A stretch of DNA of 64,000 nt from Babesia bigemina (lineage: Eukaryota), in contig NC_027218.1 in NCBI RefSeq assembly GCF_000981445.1, forward strand, positions 434,001 through 498,000. The letters run 5' to 3'. Numbering within the stretch: the stretch's first letter is position 1; each line of letters starts with the position of its first letter. A program made the position numbers and the translations under genes. Below are positions 20,181 through 32,049 of the stretch, one piece after another. The notes under the pieces were generated by a model. That model was not told the DNA's origin. It worked only from the letters and a program-made list of their open reading frames with translations, and made no database searches.

Positions 20181-23100
20181 TCACTTAGGCGCCTTGTAGG
20201 CGCGCTGCCGCGTGCAGGCCAAGCAGAACCAGCTTGGGGAGTTGGGGTCCACCTGGCCTTCAGCCCACACGCCGGCGCACACGAAGTGGAACCAGCGCTC
20301 GCAGCCGTCGCACCCAATCCAGTGCAGATCATCACCGGGCATCCCCGGGCTCCGCTCGAAATAAATGGAGAAGCAGACGGGGCAGAAGAATTCGCCAGAG
20401 TCCAGCTGGCCCGAATGGCAGTAGGTCAGAATGTCCTCCATTGGCATCTTCTGGCGGTTGTCGAAGTTTGACCCGTCGAGCGACTTAGGCTTGCGACCAC
20501 GTTTGCTGCCGTGGATCGGCTTTAGCTGGCCCGCCTTTATCAGGTGGATGATCGCCCGAATCTCCTTCTTGTCACGCCGCCCACCAACAAGGTTCATCGC
20601 GTTGTACGCTGTCCAGTTCAGAGCCTGGATCAGACGGTCACGTGCGATGTTGTCCGGTAACATACTGTACTCGCTGACGGGCTGACCGAAGTTGCTCTTG
20701 GAAACCACCAACCCTAGGTTCATGTAGTTTATGCCGTTGAGCATGTTCATCGTAGCGTTGACGTTGTTCATAGGGAACGCGGACGCTTTCGACAGCGGCT
20801 TGGCGCGCTTGGCGGTCGATGTCGTGCTTGCAGGTATACGGCTCAGCGGAGGACGCGATGGCGCCTCGTTCCTGATTTTGTTCGGCACACAATAACGTGA
20901 CATGTAAACCCCACCGTAGAACCTGGACAAGTGATGTTTAGTCGATATCAGAAGCTCGTACAGGTGGGGAGGGGCTATCATAAACTTACGCTCCACCTGA
21001 CTCATGCGGCTGATGTTCAGAAAGGTGTGGCGCAGGCAATACACCCTCCGGGACGCCGTAGTCAGGCCCTCAGGCTTCTTACCCATATCCGCCTTGCAAC
21101 CTAGCCATGCGCCGCAGGAAGCATGGAACCTGACGTTACAGTAGTTGTTGGTGCAAGTCAGAGTGGCACCGCAAGCCACACCGCAGTAGTGGCATGGTGA
21201 CTCGAGCAGAGTTTTCGGAAACTTACGCAACGACGGACTCACCACCTTCGAATACGATAGCCAATCCAGACACACCAGGTGTACATAAGCGTAGCCGCAA
21301 TATTCGGAAGTCCAGTTAAGGTAAAAGGACAGGTGTTCCCTGTTCACAGGCACCAATAGTCCGTCGAAACGAGAACAGAACGCACAACATAGCAAAGGCA
21401 CGTTTATGTCACCTTCCATGTCCTCACAACGGCTGCAAAGGAATGTGGCCTCGGAATTTTCATCCGGAGGTTCAATGAGTGATGGAGGGCTTACCGGGGG
21501 GCAGTTGTTGAGATCGCCGTTGCCCACAAACGGCCCATTTGGCGGAGGAACATCGCGGCAGAAACTGGGGCCACTGACGGTGGTGGCGTACGGACCGTTT
21601 TTCACTGGCGGGCTCTTTATCATAGGCCCAACCTTACCAAATGGGCCGCCACACATCATGCCAGGGGTGCGGTCCATCATACCGGGCACTGTCTTACCAC
21701 CAGTACCGCTGTACAAGGGGCCGCAGACGCCAGGAGATGGCATCGACTTCGCCATGGGGGTGCAGATCGGCATCATAGTGGGTTTCGTAGGCGGCAGTCC
21801 CGCCATCTCTACCATGCTTGCACCCCGCAATGCTGCAGAACTAGCGATTTGCGGCCGCGATATCATGTGCCGTATAGGACTGGGGGCGTTCATCGGACCC
21901 CTAGCCATGTTTGGAGCCATCATTGCTGGCATGCGCGCATCCACGCTCATAGGGGCGCTCACGCCTATGCCACGCACGGGGTGCGGACCTAAACCATCAA
22001 TCATAGGACCACGCGCCATTAGTGGCAAAGAAATCATCGCATCACGTACCGAAGGTATGCGCTCATCGTCGGGCATCGGAGGCGGGTTACGCGGCATCCT
22101 CAGGTTCACACCGGGGTACATGGGCTGCGAAAGCAATGTGGCTGCCGACATATACGCGTCAGTTGGCGCGGGAGCAACATTTAGGGGTACGGGTGCCAAA
22201 CTCACCTTTGTACGCATACGAGCAGCCTTCATGTGCGATAGACAATCGCTACACGCCCGTGCGTTGCACATGCGGCACGTTTTGTAGTGATGGGCGTAAT
22301 TGACCCGCTTGCGCATGACGCTATTCTCCTCACTAACCTCTTGCTCAATTACCTTGAACTCCAAGCACCCAGAACACACCACGTAGTGACGGGATACCTC
22401 AACGTCACTGCCGTTTTCGGGATTAGACTTAGACACAACTACCCTGAGAATGGAAACCGGAAGCAGCTCAGGTTCAAGACGCATGAACACAGTTTGGTTC
22501 AACGTTCGTAACACTGCCTTCACACGAACGCGGCATTCCTTACGATGGTCCACGGGTGGGTGGTTTACACGGTGACCACCACTGTAGTCAGGCGTAAAGG
22601 ACGGCAGTGGTGGGTACGCCTCAGTTGCGGAGTTGGTGCCAATTTCGCAATTGCGACGAGCTTCGTCCACAGATTGCATCGTTTTCATATGGCGCAGGAG
22701 GCTGTCGAAGACGGCGCACATTTCGGAGCCCTTCTTGGACTTGAAATACAGAATGTTCAATAACCTCGTCAGACCCAGCAGAGACGCACGACAGCTCTTG
22801 GACACAACCTCGGAAATAAGACGCTGACCTCCGATGAAATCGTCAGAAATATACGACAGCATCTTTTCATCGACGATGCGCGTAGAGGCACAAATCTCGC
22901 TCCAGACGATTGGAGGAATGTTTTCAAGATGCGCAGATCCCTCCACAGCGGAATCTTCAACCATTGCCGCACCCTTCTGCTTGGCCGCATCCAGGTCCGG
23001 GAACAACAAATTGCCAATCTGTTCAGAAGTCGGGCACCGATCATCGTAAAACGGTTTATAATGCGTGTGCTCATCTGAATCCTCGTTGCCCATGCTACAC

Positions 23101-26100
23101 CAGAAACAGTGCTCCTTGGCAAGCTTGGTGACACGACAAAAGTTGGGGTCACTAACCTCTTCAGACGTTGCTTTTTCCACTTGGTCAGTTGACTGTATTT
23201 CAACCATGGGTTTTGATTCGGTCACCGAATCCGCAGGCGCAACGTCATCGGTAGCATCAGCTTGCTCAACAGATAATTCAATTTCCTCAGGTTGGTCAAC
23301 TTCGATTTTCTCATAGTTGCCAGAAACTTCCGGCTCTTCCGTAGGATCCAAAGGCTCCATAGGAACATCAGCTGGCTCTTGCACATTGCTCGTACTTATG
23401 TCGCTCTCCACATTATTTGATGACACCGTTGCGGTGGTAACGGCCAAGTCAGTTGTCTTGATTTGCTGCGATTCGGCACCGAAGTCCTTATCCGATATGG
23501 GTTCAACCTTTTGAATTTCTCTAGACTTGTCCGCAACCTTGAATTTCCCCGACTTGTCGCGCAATGGAAGGCGCACCTCAGTCCTCTTGCTAACCCTACC
23601 TTTATTTTCGCCGGACCGTTCAGTCATCGATTTTTCACCGCAATCTTTGTCAATAATGGGTTGCTTGAACACCACCTCGTCGCCGTACAACGGTATTGGG
23701 AAACCAGTACGAGGATTCAAGTTGAAAATCTGCTCGATCACCGATGCAATGGAGCGGTAATTGGGCTCAAGCAAGTGGCTTAGATAAACGTCATCCTTAG
23801 GGTTGATTCCGTCTAGATTCGTTTCATAAGTGCTCATCTTCTTGAAGTTCTTGTATTGCACCTTCGTCTGTAACTTGCGAAGCAGGACGGTGGGAGCCAA
23901 ACCAGACGCGTGCTGCGGACAGAGTATATCCGGTTTGCCATTCTGATCCCACGAAAATAGACAATACGATGACGCGGCTGCGCAGGACACGTGAACTGCC
24001 TTGCAACAATTGCCGTGCGAGCATTGCACGATGGCGGTGCTCAAGTTGTGACATACCAGGCACTTGAGCGCCTTTACCTTCGGCACAAACGTTTCGTAAT
24101 CAATATACTTGGGCGTTATTGTGCAGTCCACCGCAATAGCACAGCGGATATGCGCCCAAGTTCCGGGGTTCGACGTACGCTTCATGGGACCACCGCCAGG
24201 GTAGTACGCATCGAAGCCGCAGAAAATACAAACGGGAATCCTCAAGTTGACGAAGAAATTCCGGCTTATGCGCGTGCATATTACCAGCTTCTTCAACGGA
24301 TTCTTGCAGTTAAAGGTGTATATATCATCGCGAACAATTTCCTGCTCAGGGCCACGCACCACCTCGGCATTAATGGCCGCCATTACTTGAGGGGTACGCT
24401 CGACCTTGACGTCGACAGGTTTGCGGCCACGCTTGTGTGTGATGGACTTCTGCTGCTGCAGTGCGCGATCCTGATGGATGAGGTTGTGTGTATTCGCCTC
24501 CTCCTTGGGCACGTGCCTTAACAGCTTTAACATCCCATCGAGGTTACCCTCATTCATGTAGCGCACCAAAATTTCATCGAAAATGTCACTGGCTATATCC
24601 AGATTCGTCTTGATCATACGTTTAAACGACCAGAATTGGTTAATGGTGCGACCCAGGAGGTCCATTTCGTAGCCTCTGAGATCTTTCTCGAACGGACACG
24701 CAATCTCCTCGTCGGGGATGTTCAGCACAACCGTAGTGGGTATGTTACCACACTCCAACAGCCACTTGAAAGTAATCCTAGGTGGCACCAAATATTCCAT
24801 GTGAGATGAGGTAGTACGAGGGTGTGCTTTCGGAGCCGCATCCGCGCCATCGCCGAGGGCCGCCCTACCACCAGCCGGTCCCTCATTGCCTGTGGGAATT
24901 GCAGACGCGAACGCTACTGCAGGATTACGACGGTACACAGTACATAAGTCGATGCGTTCCATCGGGTTGTCGTACTCAAAGCCGACGACGTAAGGCAGCG
25001 GTACAGCCTCAAGCGGCAGCGCGTTGTCGTCGGGGGGGTTGTCGCGGAAGAACTCCAACGTCTGCTTATTCCTGGGGCCAGCAGCAACACGAATGGCCTT
25101 CATCGCAGTGCTTTCGGACAAAAACGCCAATTGGTCCATTAAGAACAGACAGCACGGACATAGCCACTCATCTTCGTCGACAATCGGTTCGTCATCCTCC
25201 TTCGTATGCAATAGCTTATGACGGCGTATGTTCTGCTTCATGGTCTCGGACATGGTACCCGGCTTGTAGCCCAAACAGCAGTAGTGCATCGGAATGTAAC
25301 AGCAGTCGCAGAACAGAATAGGGTCGTCATCCCAATCCTCGTCACTACCGCAAACGCTACACAAGGCATGATCCGTCCAGTGCGCAGGTAGATTAGAGCT
25401 CTTGGTACATGTCAGCCGAATGCGCAACACGTCGTAGCTCTGACGCTGGGTGTTGTAGTTGTAGCGGTTGTCCATCATCTTATTGTTGTACTGATCGATG
25501 TAGCTCTTTATCATCTGCGATTCCACCTGCGACCAGTAGTCGAAGTTGGGCTTCTTTTCCGCCTGCACGCGCTCGATTAGCGTGCTGAACGTCGCGTCGA
25601 TCTCCTCCAGCGTCTCCACATACTCCTTCAAAACCGCGGTCACGTCATCGTCGTGCGAACGCTTCAACGGACGCGCAATGGGAGCCTCAGAAGCAATCGG
25701 AGGCTTGAACTTCTCCGTGCCCATCAAAGTGCGCATGTGGTAAATGTCCAAACCGTTGTACACCAATTCATACTTGTGATCCACGATTGTTGGGTTGCTG
25801 AAGCAAACTCCGGGGATGTTGTTTGCGATCTCCATGTTAGAACAGAGGGAGCAGACCACTTTCGGCATTCCAAGGCAACGTCTGCACAGCGGCGAAGACT
25901 TGGCTTCCACGAAACTGAACAACTTCGGACTGTAATCTATCGTGCAGGGCGGCGACACGTCCGTCAATCCCAGCGCACGCAGCATATCACCGACGCCCGC
26001 AGCATTACGGCGCTTCATGTCATTGGGGCACTCCCATACCGGGTCCGCCACTGGGCCGTGGATCTCCTTCATCACCGCTGTGAACTTCGGGTACGGTGAA

Positions 26101-26888
26101 CAAATGTCTTTCCCGTCCTTGAAGCCCGGCTGTTTCAGACGTGACCACACGGGGGCAGGACCGTAAACGATCTCGGGGACCTGGTCAGGCGACAGCATGT
26201 CGTTCAGCATGTTCGTCTTGAAACCCGGCCTGCGCGATGTCGTGGGGTCCACGTGCTGCGAGTTCTCAGTCGTGCAGTACAGCGCTATGCGGATGCCATC
26301 CGGCGCCTGACATGGAAGAATGATGGGCAACTTCAGCTTGTTGTCATGTTTCGCATTAATAACGGGGTTGTAATACACGTCATCGTCGTAACTTCCCATG
26401 TGGTGCTGCGCCGCCACAGCAAAACCTCGCTTCTCACTGTAAGACATGGCATCAACACCGTTGACGCCATGCATAGGTGACATGCGCGAACAAGAGTTAC
26501 CTGGGCTAAGCACAGCTAAATCCCCACCCTTGTGCTTGACTCTGAACGTGACCGTTATAATACCGCTGTCATTCGAACCCTCCTGCCGCGCTTCAACGCC
26601 GGTGGCGCCAGAACCGCCACCTACCTGAATCTTGGAGACCGCATTCTCAGATGTCAGCTTGGGGCGTTTAGAGTCGCGCTGGGAGTTCGAGTGGTCACTC
26701 GATGCCTCCTCGTGCTCGCGCAGCAGCTGGCGGGACTGACGCGCGATGTAGCGGCAGTGCCAGGCATGGTTGCGCAGACACAGAAGCAGCGAGGAATTAG
26801 GATTCGAGAAAAACTGGCGGTCAGTATCGATCCAAAACCTATCCTCTTCCTGCGATGTTTCTCGCGTGGGCACTGGGTCCTGATCCAT
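20181..26888 (-). CDS. Large multi-PHD-finger chromatin reader (PZP-like modules plus C-terminal PHD)
   Basis: CSVC..ILFCDCC..HYCC..WLCPCC; CIFC..WAHIRCA..CLVC..QCSHGNC..HVSCA..CPQH; a second extended PHD CHYC..CTNNYC..FHASC..YCLRH; and a terminal CPVC..WIGCDGCERWFHFVC..WFCLAC. Confidence 0.88.
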   Translation of the reverse strand: MDQDPVPTRETSQEEDRFWIDTDRQFFSNPNSSLLLCLRNHAWHCRYIARQSRQLLREHEEASSDHSNSQRDSKRPKLTSENAVSKIQVGGGSGATGVEARQEGSNDSGIITVTFRVKHKGGDLAVLSPGNSCSRMSPMHGVNGVDAMSYSEKRGFAVAAQHHMGSYDDDVYYNPVINAKHDNKLKLPIILPCQAPDGIRIALYCTTENSQHVDPTTSRRPGFKTNMLNDMLSPDQVPEIVYGPAPVWSRLKQPGFKDGKDICSPYPKFTAVMKEIHGPVADPVWECPNDMKRRNAAGVGDMLRALGLTDVSPPCTIDYSPKLFSFVEAKSSPLCRRCLGMPKVVCSLCSNMEIANNIPGVCFSNPTIVDHKYELVYNGLDIYHMRTLMGTEKFKPPIASEAPIARPLKRSHDDDVTAVLKEYVETLEEIDATFSTLIERVQAEKKPNFDYWSQVESQMIKSYIDQYNNKMMDNRYNYNTQRQSYDVLRIRLTCTKSSNLPAHWTDHALCSVCGSDEDWDDDPILFCDCCYIPMHYCCLGYKPGTMSETMKQNIRRHKLLHTKEDDEPIVDEDEWLCPCCLFLMDQLAFLSESTAMKAIRVAAGPRNKQTLEFFRDNPPDDNALPLEAVPLPYVVGFEYDNPMERIDLCTVYRRNPAVAFASAIPTGNEGPAGGRAALGDGADAAPKAHPRTTSSHMEYLVPPRITFKWLLECGNIPTTVVLNIPDEEIACPFEKDLRGYEMDLLGRTINQFWSFKRMIKTNLDIASDIFDEILVRYMNEGNLDGMLKLLRHVPKEEANTHNLIHQDRALQQQKSITHKRGRKPVDVKVERTPQVMAAINAEVVRGPEQEIVRDDIYTFNCKNPLKKLVICTRISRNFFVNLRIPVCIFCGFDAYYPGGGPMKRTSNPGTWAHIRCAIAVDCTITPKYIDYETFVPKVKALKCLVCHNLSTAIVQCSHGNCCKAVHVSCAAASSYCLFSWDQNGKPDILCPQHASGLAPTVLLRKLQTKVQYKNFKKMSTYETNLDGINPKDDVYLSHLLEPNYRSIASVIEQIFNLNPRTGFPIPLYGDEVVFKQPIIDKDCGEKSMTERSGENKGRVSKRTEVRLPLRDKSGKFKVADKSREIQKVEPISDKDFGAESQQIKTTDLAVTTATVSSNNVESDISTSNVQEPADVPMEPLDPTEEPEVSGNYEKIEVDQPEEIELSVEQADATDDVAPADSVTESKPMVEIQSTDQVEKATSEEVSDPNFCRVTKLAKEHCFWCSMGNEDSDEHTHYKPFYDDRCPTSEQIGNLLFPDLDAAKQKGAAMVEDSAVEGSAHLENIPPIVWSEICASTRIVDEKMLSYISDDFIGGQRLISEVVSKSCRASLLGLTRLLNILYFKSKKGSEMCAVFDSLLRHMKTMQSVDEARRNCEIGTNSATEAYPPLPSFTPDYSGGHRVNHPPVDHRKECRVRVKAVLRTLNQTVFMRLEPELLPVSILRVVVSKSNPENGSDVEVSRHYVVCSGCLEFKVIEQEVSEENSVMRKRVNYAHHYKTCRMCNARACSDCLSHMKAARMRTKVSLAPVPLNVAPAPTDAYMSAATLLSQPMYPGVNLRMPRNPPPMPDDERIPSVRDAMISLPLMARGPMIDGLGPHPVRGIGVSAPMSVDARMPAMMAPNMARGPMNAPSPIRHMISRPQIASSAALRGASMVEMAGLPPTKPTMMPICTPMAKSMPSPGVCGPLYSGTGGKTVPGMMDRTPGMMCGGPFGKVGPMIKSPPVKNGPYATTVSGPSFCRDVPPPNGPFVGNGDLNNCPPVSPPSLIEPPDENSEATFLCSRCEDMEGDINVPLLCCAFCSRFDGLLVPVNREHLSFYLNWTSEYCGYAYVHLVCLDWLSYSKVVSPSLRKFPKTLLESPCHYCGVACGATLTCTNNYCNVRFHASCGAWLGCKADMGKKPEGLTTASRRVYCLRHTFLNISRMSQVERKFMIAPPHLYELLISTKHHLSRFYGGVYMSRYCVPNKIRNEAPSRPPLSRIPASTTSTAKRAKPLSKASAFPMNNVNATMNMLNGINYMNLGLVVSKSNFGQPVSEYSMLPDNIARDRLIQALNWTAYNAMNLVGGRRDKKEIRAIIHLIKAGQLKPIHGSKRGRKPKSLDGSNFDNRQKMPMEDILTYCHSGQLDSGEFFCPVCFSIYFERSPGMPGDDLHWIGCDGCERWFHFVCAGVWAEGQVDPNSPSWFCLACTRQRAYKAPK

Positions 26889-27637
26889 CGCTTCGACAGT
26901 GCATTTTCAGGCAACGCCCACATACAAAACAAACATAAGTGCGCGAAACGAGCAAAATCACAAACTCGCGCACCTACGAGGCTAAAACGTAACGTAAACC
27001 GAATGATAAATTCTTATCGACCCCTGAAAGAGCAACAAAAATGGAGCGATGGACCGCGGCTGGCGCCACCAACACCGCTACACTTTCGAAACGCTGTAAC
27101 CCATCAAAGCCGTTAAACCAGACACATTGAGTGACCCTCAAGGGGCGCCGATAGCGCGCACTGGTCTCGTACGTAACTTACAAGCTGTAGGGTGCTCCAG
27201 ATGGTCAACCGAGCCTGAAGCTCATCGCGCGCAGGGGAAATAACGACTCTACCGCCCCGAATGAGTGTAAAATTGCGCCGTTTTCAACGCCCCAAAACTG
27301 CTACGGCGGATGCATGTTGCGGCCGCTAGGCTTGGGGACGCTGACCCCCTCTCGCGCGACGACCTCGCGAAAAAGACACCGACACATAATACAACTGGTT
27401 CAATATGCAGGATGCCCGCACATAGATAACACTAAAATCGTGCCGGCCAAACGTGAAGTTGCCGCGGGAAGCCAACATGGTGACCGGGAATGCACATAAC
27501 GCGGAGCAAGCATCCGCCCCGCCTCGTGCTCAGGCGCTCAAACGGCGGCTGGGCAGGTCGTGTGAGGTGTAAGAAAGCGCATAATGCCGCCATAATGGTC
27601 GTGGGAACGACGACTTAACACGGGACGGCACCGAAGG

Positions 27638-29071
27638 ATGTTCCTCCTTGTCCTGGCAGAGATCTTGCTCCTTTGCTCGCCGCTGGCCGAATCGCACCGT
27701 CCAACATATGCTAAAGGCATATCTGGAGCGCACGGCGGGCATGGAAGAACGTCGGCATTCCTGAAGGCGCCTAGACACCTGCCTGTATTCCGAGATGGTG
27801 ACGGTCGCGGCTTGGGTCACACGGATCTTGCTTTCAGGCCCGCAAAAATCGAGCTACGCGTTCCGAGTACGCAGCTAGGTGCAGGAAAATGTGACTGGCG
27901 GCTGCCGAAGTGCGACACTACGCGGGACTGGGGCACAGACACAACGGGTCGCGACCACCCGCCGCAGCAGCAGTCGACAAGCATCGGCCCAACGACTTCA
28001 CTAGCAGCCATCTCAAACACTCTTCCGTCAGTTTACGACTGGATAAATAACCAAAAGGATGCCATTCGGAGCCTAAAGGAATCCTTTAAGCAACGTTTCA
28101 CGAGTCCAGGAACCTACCTTGCCCGGGTCTGCAGGGAGTCCATGGCCTCAGCAGAACGCGGATGCAGGATAGTATCGAAGGAACTGCATACGTGGTATCT
28201 CAAGGCATGCAACCTCGGGTTTAAAGGAATTATCGCATTTAGCCACGATCCGATCGCCAACATAATACGGGTCGTCAGTTTCGCCTATGCACTGGATTGG
28301 TGGGTAGCGCCTAATAGCCTAAGGATGCGATGCGACATGAACCCGATCGATGTTTTCTCCAAAGGGCAGTACTACCGATTATTCACGTCGCTGTTCATGC
28401 ATAACGGAGTTATACACATGCTGCAAAACGTCAAGTCGCTCTGGGCCGTGGGTACGGAGGCTCTTGCGCTGCTGGGGCCGCGACGGCTGCTCGCCGTCTA
28501 TTTGGCATCGGGAATAATCGCAAACTACGTCAGCTATATATACAACTTCGCTTACAAAAATGGCTTGCCCGCAGACCTCGCAAAAATGACACAGGCGGTG
28601 GTACGCAGGGTAGGGCAAACCGGCAGGTCGACCTCCAGCCTGGTGGAAAAGGTCGTCGACCGCATTCGCAACCGCTATGAAGGGGCCTCGCTACCCGTAT
28701 TCATGCTGTCATACGCCAACACGACGCTCTTCCATCTGGTGGACGGCGCCGCTGGCGCACTGCTGCCGTTTGTCAAGAGGGCACGGCAGGAAACCAACGA
28801 CCCAGAGGTCGAAAACGCCGTGAACGCGTACATCAGGCGAAAAATTGAGAAACGACGTGCATGTGGAGCTTCATCGGCTATATACGGTTTAATGGGTGCG
28901 ATTTGCGCCTGCCACCTGCGCTTCGGCGGAGCCGCCGAGAGGAAGCGGGTGGTCGAGGTAGCCACATCGGCGCTCATACAGAACCTGGTGCCTTTCGCCG
29001 GGGGAAACGTCGATCACGTGTCGCACCTCGCCGGCTTTTTGGCGGGGATGGGGCTAACGCTGTCGATGTAG
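27638..29071 (+). CDS. Rhomboid intramembrane serine protease with signal peptide (ROM7-like)
   Basis: YYRLFTSLFMH..IHMLQN, GASSAIYG (Ser), DHVSHLAG (His). N-terminal MFLLVLAEILLLCSPLA followed by a basic stretch. Confidence 0.85.
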   Translation: MFLLVLAEILLLCSPLAESHRPTYAKGISGAHGGHGRTSAFLKAPRHLPVFRDGDGRGLGHTDLAFRPAKIELRVPSTQLGAGKCDWRLPKCDTTRDWGTDTTGRDHPPQQQSTSIGPTTSLAAISNTLPSVYDWINNQKDAIRSLKESFKQRFTSPGTYLARVCRESMASAERGCRIVSKELHTWYLKACNLGFKGIIAFSHDPIANIIRVVSFAYALDWWVAPNSLRMRCDMNPIDVFSKGQYYRLFTSLFMHNGVIHMLQNVKSLWAVGTEALALLGPRRLLAVYLASGIIANYVSYIYNFAYKNGLPADLAKMTQAVVRRVGQTGRSTSSLVEKVVDRIRNRYEGASLPVFMLSYANTTLFHLVDGAAGALLPFVKRARQETNDPEVENAVNAYIRRKIEKRRACGASSAIYGLMGAICACHLRFGGAAERKRVVEVATSALIQNLVPFAGGNVDHVSHLAGFLAGMGLTLSM

Positions 29072-29163
29072 AACCAGGCGGTGCCGCACAAAACATAATC
29101 CTAATATTACCGCTTTGTTCCGGTACACAGTCACTGTGAGCTAGTAGTTGTGCCCGTGCTGCC

Positions 29164-31693
29164 TCAGGACAGTCGGACCCCCGACCTGCCCTGGATGAAC
29201 TTGCACAGTTTGAACAGCCGGTTCAGGTCGCGCTGGTTAAACGTGCTGTTGGCGTTTTCCACGCCCGAAAAATCTTGCCTGAAGACTCCGGCGAAGGCTG
29301 TGAACTTCTCGAAGTACACGAAATCGCCGTGGTCCTTGTTCAAATCTGTGCACTGTGAACGCCGCGGTGGCGAAAACGCACCTAGCACGTAGCTCGAGAG
29401 GCTGCCCTCTAGCCTGACGATGAAGGTGGTGATTATTGCCAGCATGCTGTCCGACGGCTGGTAGTTCAGCAGGTCCAAGTAATCCAGGAACAGGTCGGGC
29501 ACCGTGGTGAAGTACAAGTCGAGAATCAGGCACAGGGTTGTCAGACGTAGCTGCACGAAGTTAAGGGACACTTGACCCGGTCAAACATACCGTAGAGGGC
29601 AGTATTGATTCGCACAGCGACGAAGACAGCGCGAACAGCTGCAGGGCATCCTCGCCGAACCCCTCCGACACCTCGTTGATGGCGTTCAACACCCTGCTCA
29701 GCAGCTTCTGCAGCACCTGCTGCAAGAACGCCGTCACCTGCGTCAAGAGGTAGTCCTGCACCTTCAGCAGATGGATGTGAAGGCCACACGTGTGGAAATG
29801 CCGCTTTACCAAATCCGACACTAGTGCGCGACACCTTTCGCCTGACGTGGGGTCGGGGCCAAACTGTACGCGTGCCTCCATCTCCTGCGCGAAATACGGC
29901 AGAACCAAACACGTGCTCGACATAAAGCTGACGTTGGACATGAACATGAAAAACATCGTGAGCGGCACCCTCAAATCGCCAATGTTTTTCGCATCCTCGT
30001 CCTTGCCCACCGATTTGGCCACGCTCAGCACGCATTGCTTGAACGAATCCTGTGTCATAAGCACGTACGTCGTGATCACCGACGACACCATCTCGGAATA
30101 CCGGCACACGCACGACGAAATGACGCACTGCGATACAATACCGCTACCCAGCAGGTCGAACCCCTGGCGCAAAATCGCCAGAGGCTTGGCCGCGAGCACA
30201 AACAGGAGCGCGGCGAGCGTGTAGACGTGGTTAGAAACGTAGCACGTTTCCATCTTGTTGGCCCAGTCGAAGGAAGCGAACGCCTCCGATATGTCGACGC
30301 CTCTAAAATCGGCATCCAGCAAACCGCCCAGCAGCGTAATTACAGAAGTCTTGTCGGCACGACGGACGAACATGCCGCGGCGTATGTCAGCCTTCGAGAG
30401 AGTAGCAGCCTGCATAATGCTCTCGTCATTCTGCGAACGCCCGCAAAAGCGCGCGAACGCGAGCACGTGCCCCTCCCAACTGTCGAAGACGCACTTGAAA
30501 AAACGATCAATGAACCGGCACGAAGCATCATCACGCATCAGCTCAGCATAGCGCAACGCGTCGCAGAGGCCTCGGAAAGAGTGCAGTAAATCCTCAAAGC
30601 CGAATCCTTCGAGCTCCCAACACGGGTAGATTGACTCCACAAGCCTGCAGACCAGCTCCGCAGTGAGAACGCGGATGTGCACCTCTGACATGCACTTGAA
30701 ACTGGACAACTCGACGGTGAGATAGTCTACCTGCCGTGCCGAATCTTTCTGAGCCACACCGCTGCTCCACTCGCACTCCTCAGAAAGACGCAACAGCTTG
30801 CGCAATACGGACTCCACACTCTTGATGCGCGCAACCACGCCTGCCAGCATCTTGGATGTCGAACTGTACCCCTCAATAGCGATAGTGGCGTCCTCCTTGC
30901 TTGTGAACGCGGCGCCCAAACACTTATTGTGCACGTAGTCAATGGAGTCCTCCTCGGCGCACCCGGAGTCCCTGGGCATTCGAATGACCGGCGTGACATA
31001 CCGGAATGCGCACCGTTCAACGAGACGCACGTACGTTTCAGACATGTTCAGAAGCACGAGGCATTCGTCGAGCTCGTGGTAGTAGATATGGAACTCCTCC
31101 TGGTGCAGCGTGACGGACTGGCGGTTGCCGTCGGCGCTATCGTCCTCGGAAAAGGACAACCATCGCCGAGCCACGAAAAGCACCAGCTTCACCAGCATCT
31201 CATACCGACGGTACCACGCCCATTTCAGAGCGTGCAGCACCCTCTCCGCCTCCTCAACTATCCCGTCTGCGTCAGACTCCGCGTCCTCCAGGAGCTGCTG
31301 GAACAGCGCGCTGCAATCAGCACCGTCCGCCGAACCAGACTCAAACTCCGAAAGGCGCCGCCGGAAGTTGTACCGCTCGAGCTCCACACGCACGTACTCG
31401 GAGTTTGACACGGCAGAGAGGTGGAAGACCTCCGAAAGGCATTTGTCACGCAACGAGGCGCAGCACACCTGGATCTCCTCTTCCACCTCGCCATCCCGGC
31501 AAAGCGACACCTGGTCAGTATAGCACACTCCGAGTAGCCTTGCAGCCTCCGGAAGGCGCAGCTGGCTTATATACCCATCGATACGGCCGTACGAACGCAG
31601 AAGCCCCGCTACGATGTCTAGTGTCTGGCTCACACTTGCGGTGGAAGGGATGGCACCAGCCTCGTAGCTTTCAACGCCTGCCGACATTGGCAT
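29164..31693 (-). CDS. Hypothetical alpha-helical protein (~830 aa), 1-2 introns near the 3' end
   Basis: A 710-aa ORF continues through intron gtatgt...tgcag (about 29551-29590) into LRLTTLCLILDLYF... ending at 29164. No diagnostic motif was recognised. Confidence 0.7.
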
Positions 31694-32049
31694 TGCATCG
31701 TTATTATTTTAGTGCGTGCGATACAGGATGCAAGGGCCGCACAAGGCTCAACGGCGCACGGCAAGGCGCCCTAACGCGACGACCTTGGCCGGCAGGTGGA
31801 AATGGCGCTTATATAGCACACGTGTGGCATTATACGCGTATTACCAGTAAGGAATAACACTGGGTGGCGAAAAAGTGGCGCCGTGCCGTCAGACACACAA
31901 CAGCTCCAATCGACGTTTGGACTCACTATAAGAACCGCGCCATTGTACCACGCTTATAATACAGCACAATGGCTCTAAAATGAAAAGGCTGGCGACCTGA
32001 GGAAACACCCCTGCGCTGCCTCTGGTACGGCGATGACACCTCGCTGGAT

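Noticed and set aside
31997..32010. CTGAGGA resembling a hammerhead ribozyme core
   Set aside because: There is no stem II followed by GAAA and no compatible stems I and III.
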